Program-made: the position numbers and the translations under genes
DNA from: Actinomycetes bacterium
GTDB lineage: Bacteria; Actinomycetota; Acidimicrobiia; Acidimicrobiales; JAMCPL01
Reading direction: 5' to 3'
NCBI GenBank assembly: GCA_021846515.1
Contig: JAJZWU010000008.1
Span: forward strand, 20,729 to 84,728
Length of the DNA: 64,000 bases
Notes under the pieces: model-generated
Seen by the model: the letters and a program-made list of their open reading frames with translations, nothing else
Databases searched by the model: none
What the model was told of the DNA's origin: nothing
Shown here: piece by piece, positions 18,625 to 27,540 of the stretch
Position numbering within the stretch: the stretch's first letter is position 1
Layout: every line of letters starts with the position of its first letter

Positions 18625-21600
18625 GTGATGGATTTTTCTGCACTGAGACTGCCGGGTTTGAAGCAATCACAACGTAGGGCAGTGTTCACTGCGATATGGG
18701 TAGTCGGTATTGTGCTGGCTTATGTAATACTGCGCCAAGTGCTGCCACAGGGACTTCCTCCAGGGGTGATATTCGAGGGAGTAGTGCTCGGCGGGCTAAC
18801 CTCGCTCACAGCTATGGGTCTTATCCTGGTATACCGATCTGCCAGAATATTCAACTTTGCCCAAGCTGCTATGGGTGGTCTGGCCGCTTCTATCGCTGTT
18901 ATCGCGGTTGTAGGTGAACATTGGAACTACTGGATTGCTATCGTACTTGGGCTCATTGCAGCAGCTATCACCGGTGTACTAATAGACCTGCTGGTCACCA
19001 AATGGTTCTCCAGGGCACCAAGACTCATATTCACAGTAGCCACTATCGGGATAGCTCAGATACTGGGCGCCGGAGAGGTAGCATTACCGGACATGTTTCA
19101 CAACATATCAGCTACTACATCGTTTACAACTCCATTTTCAGCCTCTTTTACGATCGATCCGATCAAATTCAATGCTAATTACGTCGTGGCTCTGATTGTG
19201 GTTCCGCTGGTACTGTTGGGGCTCTATCTATTTTTCCAGAGGACAGATATAGGTGTAGCAATAAAGGCATCGGCCGACTCTGAAGAGAGAGCTACGTTGC
19301 TTGGTCTGCCAATAAAGAAGCTGTGGATGATAGTATGGGTGGTCACTGCTGTGCTCTCTGGAATAGCTGCAATACTCTCCGCTCCGATCCAGGGAATCAG
19401 TCTTGGCGTTGCCACAGGGCCTGATTCCTTGCTCATTCCGCTGGCTGCTGCCGTGCTGGCAGGAATGGACTCGCTTTTTATGGCCGTAGTTTGGTCAGTT
19501 GCCCTCGAAATTCTGGATCAGGCAGTATACTGGTCGTATCATCAGAGCACTTACGTTCAAGTGGCCGCTTTCTTCTTTATCCTGATTGCGCTTCTCTTCC
19601 AGCGACGTGAGCAAAAAAGGACAAGCGATTCAGGCCTCGGAGGTTACGTGGCATTTCGGGAAATACGTCCCATACCGGCTGTACTCTCGAGGATGAAGGA
19701 GATAAGAGCTTCCAGGCAAATTGGATACTTTATCCTTGCTGCAATTGTGTTGATCGTCCTGCCACTTGCATTCAACGCTACCTGGCTTACTACATTCACC
19801 TTTGTAGCCATCTACGGTCTGTTGGCTGTCTCTGTGGTAATTCTCACCGGTTGGGGTGGCCAGATAAGCCTTGGACAGTATGCCATAGCAGGTATTGGAG
19901 CAGCTACTACGGGAGCATTATTGGTACACTTCCATGTAGAGTTGCTTTTGGCTATGCTGGCTTCTGCGCTTGTAGGGGCACTCGCAGCAGCTATTATGGG
20001 TATACCTGCCCTACGCATTCCGGGACTTTACCTTGCAGTAATTACTCTTGCATTTGCAGTTATGACATCTACATGGCTGCTTTCGGCTTCATTCTTCCCG
20101 GCATTCAATCCTGCAAATGTTACAAGACCCATACTATTTGGCAGATTCGATCTGAACTCCCAGCGCTGGATGTTTATACTCTCTGCACTGACACTTATCG
20201 TAGGCATATACCTGGCAAATAATTTTCGTAATTCCAGGGCAGGAAGAGCAGTGGTAGCCATGCGAGACAATTCCAGAGCGGCATCCGCATATGGTATAAG
20301 CTCATTTCGCGCGAAGTTGCTGGCATTTGGCATATCAGGGGCAATTGCAGGATTAGCCGGTGCCCTACTCGTGCTTCAGAACCAGGGTATAGGCTATGCG
20401 GGATTCGATCCAAACCAATCCGTAACTATCTTTGCGGTTGTCGTAGTAGGAGGCTTGGGCTCTATAACTGGAGGGTTGTTGGGGGCAATCTTCTTCGAGC
20501 TAATGGGTCATATGCCCGGAGCATGGCAATATTTGGCTCAGGGAGCCGGATTGCTTTTAATTCTTATGATCGTGCCTGAGGGGCTTGGATGGGTTTATTT
20601 CTGGATCCGTGATCGTGTATTACAGGCATTTGTACAACGAAGAGGTATCATGGGTGACCTTCATGTGGTTCAAGAATCGGAAGAGGATGGTTTGGCGGGA
20701 ATGCCACCTTCGCCAGCTATCCCATCTCTACTTGGAGACGGCAGTAGTATTGCCGGCATGCATGCAGGAGGCAATGGCTCTAATCTTTTTACTGAAGCCA
20801 TTACTGCAACTGGTAATGGAGCTTTAGGCGAGAAAGGCTATGAATCATCGCTGGTACGCTCAGCGGCATTACGACTTGGAGCACTTGAAGATTTGGAGGT
20901 TGCCAAGGATGTAGAGTCACTGGCAGAAGGGAGGACGCATTCCAGTGCTCCCTATGCAGGACCTCCAAAAGGTAAAGCACCAATAATGCAGGTAAACAAC
21001 ATCGACGTATCTATAGGCAGCTCAAGTATCATATACAGCCTTAATATGGGCATTGCACAGGGTGAAGTGGTAGCGCTGCTGGGTACCAATGGCGCTGGAA
21101 AGACAACCGCACTGCGTACTCTTGCGGGATTGATCTCTCCGGAAAGTGGTGATATTTCATTTGTGGGTGACAAGATAAATCAAGAATCTGCTCCCGAGAG
21201 GGTAAGGTCCGGTCTGGTGACTGTCTTGGGCGGTAGAGGTATATTCCCCTCTCTGACGGTGGAGGAAAACCTGGTAATGGGTGCCTGGACAATGAAACAT
21301 TATAATCACGATGAGGCATTCGTCAAAGCAGCTACCGAACGCGTATTGCAAATATTTCCCCCGTTGCGCAATAGATTGGATAACAAAGCTGAGTTACTCT
21401 CAGGTGGCGAACAACAGATGCTGGCGTTGGGACAGGCCTTGCTGTGTAAGCCAAAGTTGCTCATGATAGATGAACTCTCACTCGGTCTCGCTCCTACCGT
21501 CGTCAATGACCTGCTAAAGGTCGTATCTGATCTGGCAAAGAGCGGTGTAACTATCGTGGTAGTCGAGCAGTCAATAAATGTCGCTGCCGCAATTTCCAAT

Positions 21601-22842
21601 CGGGCTATTTTCATGGAGAGAGGCCGTATACGCTTTAGTGGGCCAACTCCAGACCTATCCCAGCAGCCAAAATTACTGCGTTCGGTATTTCTCTCTGCTG
21701 CCAAAAAGGCACGTGCATCCGGTAAGACATCCACACAGGAAGCAGTATCGGGATCTCTTGGGAAGTCGTCACAGGCAAACGCCCCTTTCAGCGCTGCTCC
21801 ACCGGCTGCAGGTACAACCATGCCTGCCGGACCACCGCCGTTACCGGGGCTGGTACCACCTCCTCCACCGGGTACGCCTTTTACAACTACAGAGACACAG
21901 TCTGCAAGCATGCACGATCAAGGTATGCCAGGATTGGGAAATCCACTTCTGGGCAACATCATAGTAAATGAGCAAGACGGAACATCTTCTCTGCGGACCG
22001 TACAGCCTGCGTTTAGCGCAGTCGGTATTTCTAAGCATTATGGTGGTATATCCGCACTGAAAGATGTGAGCATCCATGCCGCCCCTGGAGAGATCGTCGG
22101 CATTATCGGTACAAATGGTGCAGGCAAGACTACGTTATTTGATGTCTTTTCCGGATTTATAAAGCCCGATCAGGGACGGGTGTTTATGGATGGAAAGGAT
22201 ATAACAGAACTGAGCCCATCTCGAAGAGGAACTCAAGGACTTGGTAGGGTGTTCCAAGATGCAAGGTTATTTCCTGCTATGACTGTAGCCGATGCCGTAG
22301 CAACCGCCTGCGAACAGAACGTAGAGGTTAGAGATCCTATTGCATGCACTTTTGGGCTGGCTGCAGCGAAAGAATCAGAACGCAATATACAACTAAAGTC
22401 CAATTCTCTGCTCAGAGACATGGGGCTGGAGAGATTCCGTGATCATTTTGTCAACGAACTGTCGACAGGAACAAGGCGCCTCTTGGAGTTTACCTGCCTT
22501 CTTGCCCATGAGCCAAGGGTACTCCTGCTTGATGAGCCTACTTCCGGAATAGCTCAGCGGGAATCGGAGGCACTGGGAGAGCTCATACTGGGCTTGCGCG
22601 ACGAGACCGGTGCGGCGTTTATAGTAATAGAGCATGATGTTCCACTAGTAGCCTCCATATCGGACCGTCTTGTCTGCATGCATGTAGGTGAGATAATTGC
22701 GGAAGGCGCTACGGCCGATGTGCTGGAAGACCCCAATGTCATGGCTTCCTATCTGGGGACAGAGGAGGAGTCCTTGCCCGATCAAAATGTGCACAAGGCA
22801 AACAAACTGGTTGCACCCACAGGTGTAACAGGGTTAAGTTAA
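18625..22842 (+). CDS. fused branched-chain-amino-acid-type ABC importer: LivH-like permease + LivM-like permease + LivF-like ATPase + LivG-like ATPase
   Basis: A single uninterrupted 1405-aa ORF. There are two polytopic permease modules (about aa 20-325 and 355-680). ATPase 1 has GTNGAGKTTALRTL, LSGGEQQMLALGQAL and LLMIDELSLGLAP. ATPase 2 has GTNGAGKTTLFDVF, the atypical signature LSTGTRRLLEF and VLLLDEPTSGIAQ. A Pro-rich linker (PPPLPGLVPPPPPG) lies between the ATPases. Confidence 0.9.
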   Translation: MMDFSALRLPGLKQSQRRAVFTAIWVVGIVLAYVILRQVLPQGLPPGVIFEGVVLGGLTSLTAMGLILVYRSARIFNFAQAAMGGLAASIAVIAVVGEHWNYWIAIVLGLIAAAITGVLIDLLVTKWFSRAPRLIFTVATIGIAQILGAGEVALPDMFHNISATTSFTTPFSASFTIDPIKFNANYVVALIVVPLVLLGLYLFFQRTDIGVAIKASADSEERATLLGLPIKKLWMIVWVVTAVLSGIAAILSAPIQGISLGVATGPDSLLIPLAAAVLAGMDSLFMAVVWSVALEILDQAVYWSYHQSTYVQVAAFFFILIALLFQRREQKRTSDSGLGGYVAFREIRPIPAVLSRMKEIRASRQIGYFILAAIVLIVLPLAFNATWLTTFTFVAIYGLLAVSVVILTGWGGQISLGQYAIAGIGAATTGALLVHFHVELLLAMLASALVGALAAAIMGIPALRIPGLYLAVITLAFAVMTSTWLLSASFFPAFNPANVTRPILFGRFDLNSQRWMFILSALTLIVGIYLANNFRNSRAGRAVVAMRDNSRAASAYGISSFRAKLLAFGISGAIAGLAGALLVLQNQGIGYAGFDPNQSVTIFAVVVVGGLGSITGGLLGAIFFELMGHMPGAWQYLAQGAGLLLILMIVPEGLGWVYFWIRDRVLQAFVQRRGIMGDLHVVQESEEDGLAGMPPSPAIPSLLGDGSSIAGMHAGGNGSNLFTEAITATGNGALGEKGYESSLVRSAALRLGALEDLEVAKDVESLAEGRTHSSAPYAGPPKGKAPIMQVNNIDVSIGSSSIIYSLNMGIAQGEVVALLGTNGAGKTTALRTLAGLISPESGDISFVGDKINQESAPERVRSGLVTVLGGRGIFPSLTVEENLVMGAWTMKHYNHDEAFVKAATERVLQIFPPLRNRLDNKAELLSGGEQQMLALGQALLCKPKLLMIDELSLGLAPTVVNDLLKVVSDLAKSGVTIVVVEQSINVAAAISNRAIFMERGRIRFSGPTPDLSQQPKLLRSVFLSAAKKARASGKTSTQEAVSGSLGKSSQANAPFSAAPPAAGTTMPAGPPPLPGLVPPPPPGTPFTTTETQSASMHDQGMPGLGNPLLGNIIVNEQDGTSSLRTVQPAFSAVGISKHYGGISALKDVSIHAAPGEIVGIIGTNGAGKTTLFDVFSGFIKPDQGRVFMDGKDITELSPSRRGTQGLGRVFQDARLFPAMTVADAVATACEQNVEVRDPIACTFGLAAAKESERNIQLKSNSLLRDMGLERFRDHFVNELSTGTRRLLEFTCLLAHEPRVLLLDEPTSGIAQRESEALGELILGLRDETGAAFIVIEHDVPLVASISDRLVCMHVGEIIAEGATADVLEDPNVMASYLGTEEESLPDQNVHKANKLVAPTGVTGLS

Positions 22843-22851
22843 GGAGATAAT

Positions 22852-24495
22852 ATGGCTGAAAGTATGAAAAGTGCCGTCCTTCGTTATAAGGGCATTTTGC
22901 TCGCAGTAATAGTATTTGCTGCAGTAATCACCTTTGTTCCGTCTTTGCATGACAAGTCAGTGAATCAACCGCTGCAGCCAACTGGGAAGTTTACTCCGTA
23001 CAAGCCACCCGGAGAAGGCCTGAGCGGTACTACGGTGGGTGGATATACCTGTACGCCAGGCAGGCGGCAGGTGCCCTGGTCGTTGTACGCACCATACTGT
23101 GTTCCCAAATGGACGGGTAATAACGGCGGTCCCACTGCCCCAGGCGTGACTGCCACTACAGTGAATGTCTCTGTCAACTACGCAAGCAGCGGCGGACTCT
23201 GCTCAATCCTGGCAAGCACGGAAAGCAAGTCAATCGCCTCCGAGGCACTTTTCAAGAAGATGATCAATACTTATGTGGCGCTCTTTAACAAGGATTTCGA
23301 GCTTTGGGGCAGGAAAGTAGTGATCAAGTACTTCAATGGTCAGGGTTGTTACGTATCGGAATTGCTTGGCCAGGATCAGGCCCAGGCTGAGGCAGATGCA
23401 CAGACTGCAGCATCGCTCAACGCCTTTGCCGATACATCCATGCTCTACTCAGCTCCACCCTACGATACCGCTCTGGCGCAAAAACACATAATAGCTATCG
23501 GTGGGGAGTTCATGCCTCATTCATGGTTTCAGCAGAATGCACCCTACGAGTACTCCACTATAGCAAGTTGCTCAAAGTTTATGACAAGCGTCGTCCAGAT
23601 CGTCAAGAACTCTATAAATGGTCTGCCAGCTATCTATGCAGGGAATAAAAGCTATCATCACGAACTTGCAAAAATAGGTCTCATATATCCAAGTGCGGCA
23701 TTCCTGGCTCCCTGTGCCCAGCAGGTTAAAAGCGAGCTGAAGGCAGACCATATTCCCATCACCGCTACATTCGTATATGACATAAGTAACTTTGGAAATA
23801 TATCCAGTGAGGCAACTGCGGTAATGTCTGACTTTCACCAAAAGGGAGTTACCACGGTCATATGTGGATGTGATCCGGAAACTCCATCATTTATGGCAAA
23901 TGCAGCAGCACAACAGGGCTACTACCCTGAATGGATACCAATGACTTTAGGTGACGGTGTGACCAGGGGCATAATGAACTCCACCACTGACAGGGCAGAG
24001 TGGGCAAATGCCATAACCAACTTCGTCCAAAGTACGCCTCCACAGGACCAGGAGTACACACTGGCTTACAAGATAGCCACAGGCCATCAGCTTCATGGTC
24101 TGATTAATGTTGTTACCGCAGGTGGGGTATATTCGGATATACTATTGCTTTTCAGTGCTCTGCAACAGGCAGGTCCTGACTTGACTGTCCAGAGCTTCCA
24201 GCGAGGTATGTGGTCCCTCCCGCCATCTGTACAGGATGCCTCCATGGGAGGATGGGCATTTCTGCCCGGTCACTACACCACACCTTCAAACTTCATGATT
24301 TCATACTGGGACAATAATGCCCGGGGTGCGGTAACCAATGGGCAGGGTGCCTTTATAGCCTGCAACCACGGAGAGCTCTATGCGTATCCGGGATACAAGG
24401 GAGCAAGCCTACCACCCGGCAAGCAGCTTTCGTGCTTCGGTGCCGGCGGCTCATCCAAACCGTGGGTACCCCCTCCATCGGCCATACCCAAATAG
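22852..24495 (+). CDS. ABC transporter substrate-binding protein (paralog of 16805-18436), membrane-anchored
   Basis: 547 aa. An RBS AAGGAG lies 10 nt after the transporter stop. It has an N-terminal TM anchor. It shares the motif C-x-PG-x-RQ-[IV]P...Y-[TA]P-[VY]C-[LV]PKW-[ST]GNNGG-x-TAPGVTA with the first binding protein. Confidence 0.75.
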   Translation: MAESMKSAVLRYKGILLAVIVFAAVITFVPSLHDKSVNQPLQPTGKFTPYKPPGEGLSGTTVGGYTCTPGRRQVPWSLYAPYCVPKWTGNNGGPTAPGVTATTVNVSVNYASSGGLCSILASTESKSIASEALFKKMINTYVALFNKDFELWGRKVVIKYFNGQGCYVSELLGQDQAQAEADAQTAASLNAFADTSMLYSAPPYDTALAQKHIIAIGGEFMPHSWFQQNAPYEYSTIASCSKFMTSVVQIVKNSINGLPAIYAGNKSYHHELAKIGLIYPSAAFLAPCAQQVKSELKADHIPITATFVYDISNFGNISSEATAVMSDFHQKGVTTVICGCDPETPSFMANAAAQQGYYPEWIPMTLGDGVTRGIMNSTTDRAEWANAITNFVQSTPPQDQEYTLAYKIATGHQLHGLINVVTAGGVYSDILLLFSALQQAGPDLTVQSFQRGMWSLPPSVQDASMGGWAFLPGHYTTPSNFMISYWDNNARGAVTNGQGAFIACNHGELYAYPGYKGASLPPGKQLSCFGAGGSSKPWVPPPSAIPK

Positions 24496-24527
24496 CAATT
24501 TCGATAAGTCCCCATGTGCTTGTCCAG

Positions 24528-25538
24528 ATGCAGGGCAGAGCGTATGATGGATACATGAAAAATAAGAGCGGTGACAGATCATCAGAGAAGGCTCCCAAGG
24601 CAAGTGCCAGAGTAGGCAGCAACGTCCGGCCAATAGCAGAGGGAGTTCTGGAAATAGACACGCTGCTCGGAGGTTGGGAAAGAGTGACGGCAGGATACCT
24701 CATAGAGGGAAACGAGCCGGTATTGGTAGAAACTGGATCCCAAAGCTCTGTTGCAATACTGCTATCTGCATTGAGTGCCATTGGTGTCGGACCTAATGAT
24801 CTGGCCGGAGTGGTAGTTACCCACATCCATCTTGATCATGCCGGAGGAGTCGGTGATGTTGCCAGAGCATTTCCCAATGCCGCTGTGTACGTACATGAAA
24901 AAGGTGCACGACACCTTGCAGATCCCGAAAGGCTGATCAACTCCGCATCTCAGGTATACGGGCCACTTTTGGACTCTCTGTATGGCAGGCTGGCTGCCAC
25001 ACCACAGGAACGAATACATGTGCTGCCTGATGGTGCAGAGATTAAAGTAGGACATAGTAGAACGCTGGTTGCCGTCGATTCTCCCGGTCACGCAAAGCAT
25101 CATCTGGCCATACACGATTCGCTCAGCGGTATCCTGTTTGCCGGTGACGCTGTAGGTGTTCGTCTTCCAGACGCTGGCGTACTTAGGCCGGCAACTCCGC
25201 CACCGGATTTCGACATGGATCAGGCCATCCATTCCCTGCATCGCTTTGCAGAACGGCGGCCATCCCAGATTGCTCTGGCCCATTACGGTATAATACCCGG
25301 CAGTCCGGATGAAGTAGTGGAAGAGGCTATCCAAGTATTGAACAACTGGGTAGATGTGGCGGAAAGGGCGATGCACAATGGAGGGGACGTTATAGATGCC
25401 CTGGAAAAAGCCTTCAGTAAAGAGTTGTCCGGTGCAAGCGAGATAGAGCAAAAGAAGTTGGAGACCCTTAATGGAGTACATTCCAATGCAGCCGGAATAC
25501 GTAGGTGGCTTGCAAAACGCGATGCCGGGCAGCTATAG
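24528..25538 (+). CDS. MBL-fold metallo-hydrolase
   Basis: It has the THIHLDHAGG metal-binding motif and a later SPGHAKHH. The ORF opens at 24432 inside the preceding gene. ATG 24528 or 24555 is a more likely start. Confidence 0.8.
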   Translation: MQGRAYDGYMKNKSGDRSSEKAPKASARVGSNVRPIAEGVLEIDTLLGGWERVTAGYLIEGNEPVLVETGSQSSVAILLSALSAIGVGPNDLAGVVVTHIHLDHAGGVGDVARAFPNAAVYVHEKGARHLADPERLINSASQVYGPLLDSLYGRLAATPQERIHVLPDGAEIKVGHSRTLVAVDSPGHAKHHLAIHDSLSGILFAGDAVGVRLPDAGVLRPATPPPDFDMDQAIHSLHRFAERRPSQIALAHYGIIPGSPDEVVEEAIQVLNNWVDVAERAMHNGGDVIDALEKAFSKELSGASEIEQKKLETLNGVHSNAAGIRRWLAKRDAGQL

Positions 25539-25599
25539 TACATGGCAAGCCGGTAATCCTTACCGGTAAGAGCAGTATGAGTAGTAAGGGAATGCAAAG

Positions 25600-25974
25600 A
25601 TGGCTATACGTACTATAGGAGTACTACTGGGGTTATGTGTACTGGGAGCTGCCTGTGGTGGTTTACCTGCCTCTCCGGCAGTACAACAGCATATATATCC
25701 CGGCTCCACGCCAGAGAGCAATGTTGCAGCCGTTATACAGACGCGATACGTTGCGTTTGAGCCATCTGTAGTTACAATACATGTAGGTCAGACTGTGGAA
25801 TGGGTAATGGACGACGGGCAAATACCTGTTAACGTAGTCTTTCCCAAACTGCACATTAGCAGCCCTACCGTTATCAAAGGTAAATGGTATTACACCTTCA
25901 ACGCACCGGGAACATATCGCTATATTTCCAGTATCCATTCGACTATGTTTGGAAGTGTAATCGTAAAGTCCTAA
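25600..25974 (+). CDS. cupredoxin-like lipoprotein with degenerate copper site
   Basis: It has a signal peptide with lipobox LGAAC. The cupredoxin-like core is FEPSVVTIHVGQTVEWVMDD ... GTYRYISSIHSTMFGSVIV, where the canonical Y-x-C-x-x-H-x-x-M reads Y-I-S-S-I-H-S-T-M. Confidence 0.6.
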   Translation: MAIRTIGVLLGLCVLGAACGGLPASPAVQQHIYPGSTPESNVAAVIQTRYVAFEPSVVTIHVGQTVEWVMDDGQIPVNVVFPKLHISSPTVIKGKWYYTFNAPGTYRYISSIHSTMFGSVIVKS

Positions 25975-25992
25975 AAGATAGGAATTACGCCA

Positions 25993-27540
25993 TTACGGAT
26001 AATGATCCGGTAGATCATTTTCGTACAACACTACATCTTTGGCGCTAAGGTTGTTTCGCACCCAATTCACCGCTTGGTCGCGCTTGCCAAAGTAAAGTAC
26101 CCTTGGGTGAATATTTGCCTGAGATATTCCATTGGACAAGTACCTACGATTTGTACGCCCCACTATTATCACTACATCTGCAACAGATGTGGATTCCCTT
26201 GCAAATGCCTCATTCTCCTGCCTACTACGAGAGCCCAACTCCACCATACCCGGGGTGACCAAGACCTTAGAACCCTCACACCCTTCTTCCCTCAGCAGTT
26301 TCAGCGCAGCCCTACATCCTGCCGGATTTGAATTATACGTATCGTCAAGTATGATGGGGTGTTCGTCCTCCTTGATCCTGGTAAGTCTGTGCGGGGAGAT
26401 CGGTAGGGTCGGAAGTTGTTTGGCTATTACCTCATTGGGGCATCCAGCTGCAAACGCCAATCCGATAGCACAAGCTACATTTAGCGGATGGGCATCCAAG
26501 TGTATCTCGGAAACCACAGGTTGACCTAATAAATAAACGTTAATCATACCTGACGCACTGTCCCTTGTAACCCTTATGTCTACTTCGTTGCCGCTTGGCT
26601 CACTCTGCTCAGCTGAGCATCTTATAACTCTTTTCCCACTTCTCTCGAGGTGAGTAGCCAGTCCGGCCAGGCGAGGATCGTCTATAGGTATTACCACGAT
26701 AGATGCAGTATCAGTAATCTCAGACTTGGCTTGCAGTATAAGTTCTTCGCTCTTCATGCGTTCAAGATGGACAGGGCCAATAGCTATAATTGCCGATATT
26801 TCCGGATTCATCCAGCTGCACATCTCCATTATCTCGCCTGGGCCGTACGTGCCCATTTCTGCTACAAATATTTCGGTGGAGTCGAGCAGTTGTTCATTGA
26901 TGGCTCTGGACAGACCTGCACGGTTGTTGAAACTGGCTGGACTGGCCTGTGTTCTGAAATATCCAGACAGCAAATGGGCGGTGTAGAGCTTGGTGGACGT
27001 TTTGCCGTATGAACCGGTTATTGCAATTACTTTCGGAGATACCTTTACAAGACGATTCTGGGCATTTCTTATATATACCTTTGACAGCCTCTCTTCCAGG
27101 GGCGCCAAAATGTAACTACTCAGGTCTACAATGGCGCAGCTACCCAAATCTATTACTGCTCCGGCTGTACTACCGCGCCCAAGTAAGATACCGGCAACAA
27201 TAATTATGGCCTCTATCAAGACGCTCACAGCAGCCAAAGTTTTCAACCGGCGCGTCCAGGCTAAAGGTGAGCTGCTGCCCTTGATGGATAATCCGATAGG
27301 AGCTACGATTGTCACTACCGCGCTGGCCAGGGCTGCTAAAGGGAACCGAGAAGATACCACTATGCCCGCACAACCAAACAAAGCCAGTAACGCATTGATA
27401 GGAGATGACACCCACCAACGGTAAGCAAAACGCGAAGTGGAGTCAGGTATATAATGTTCACGTTGGGCTACTCGTAGCCACCTGAGCAGCGCAGGTACGG
27501 ACGCTACCAGGCAAATGACAGCTACAATTATCTGCAGCAT
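25993..27540 (-). CDS. Mur ligase family protein (MurF-like) with N-terminal multi-TM domain
   Basis: The first 150 aa or so form about 4 hydrophobic helices. Mur ligase blocks follow: ITGSYGKTSTK (P-loop), FVAEMGTYGPGEI, AIGPVHLERM and ILDDTYNSNPAGCRAAL. The ATG overlaps the upstream stop by 1 nt (TAATG). Confidence 0.8.
   Translation of the reverse strand: MLQIIVAVICLVASVPALLRWLRVAQREHYIPDSTSRFAYRWWVSSPINALLALFGCAGIVVSSRFPLAALASAVVTIVAPIGLSIKGSSSPLAWTRRLKTLAAVSVLIEAIIIVAGILLGRGSTAGAVIDLGSCAIVDLSSYILAPLEERLSKVYIRNAQNRLVKVSPKVIAITGSYGKTSTKLYTAHLLSGYFRTQASPASFNNRAGLSRAINEQLLDSTEIFVAEMGTYGPGEIMEMCSWMNPEISAIIAIGPVHLERMKSEELILQAKSEITDTASIVVIPIDDPRLAGLATHLERSGKRVIRCSAEQSEPSGNEVDIRVTRDSASGMINVYLLGQPVVSEIHLDAHPLNVACAIGLAFAAGCPNEVIAKQLPTLPISPHRLTRIKEDEHPIILDDTYNSNPAGCRAALKLLREEGCEGSKVLVTPGMVELGSRSRQENEAFARESTSVADVVIIVGRTNRRYLSNGISQANIHPRVLYFGKRDQAVNWVRNNLSAKDVVLYENDLPDHYP

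Noticed and set aside
24762-25481. 239-aa ORF antisense to the MBL-fold hydrolase gene (also 24353-24826 antisense to the SBP/MBL junction).
   Set aside because: These are shadow ORFs opposite well-supported genes, with no motifs.
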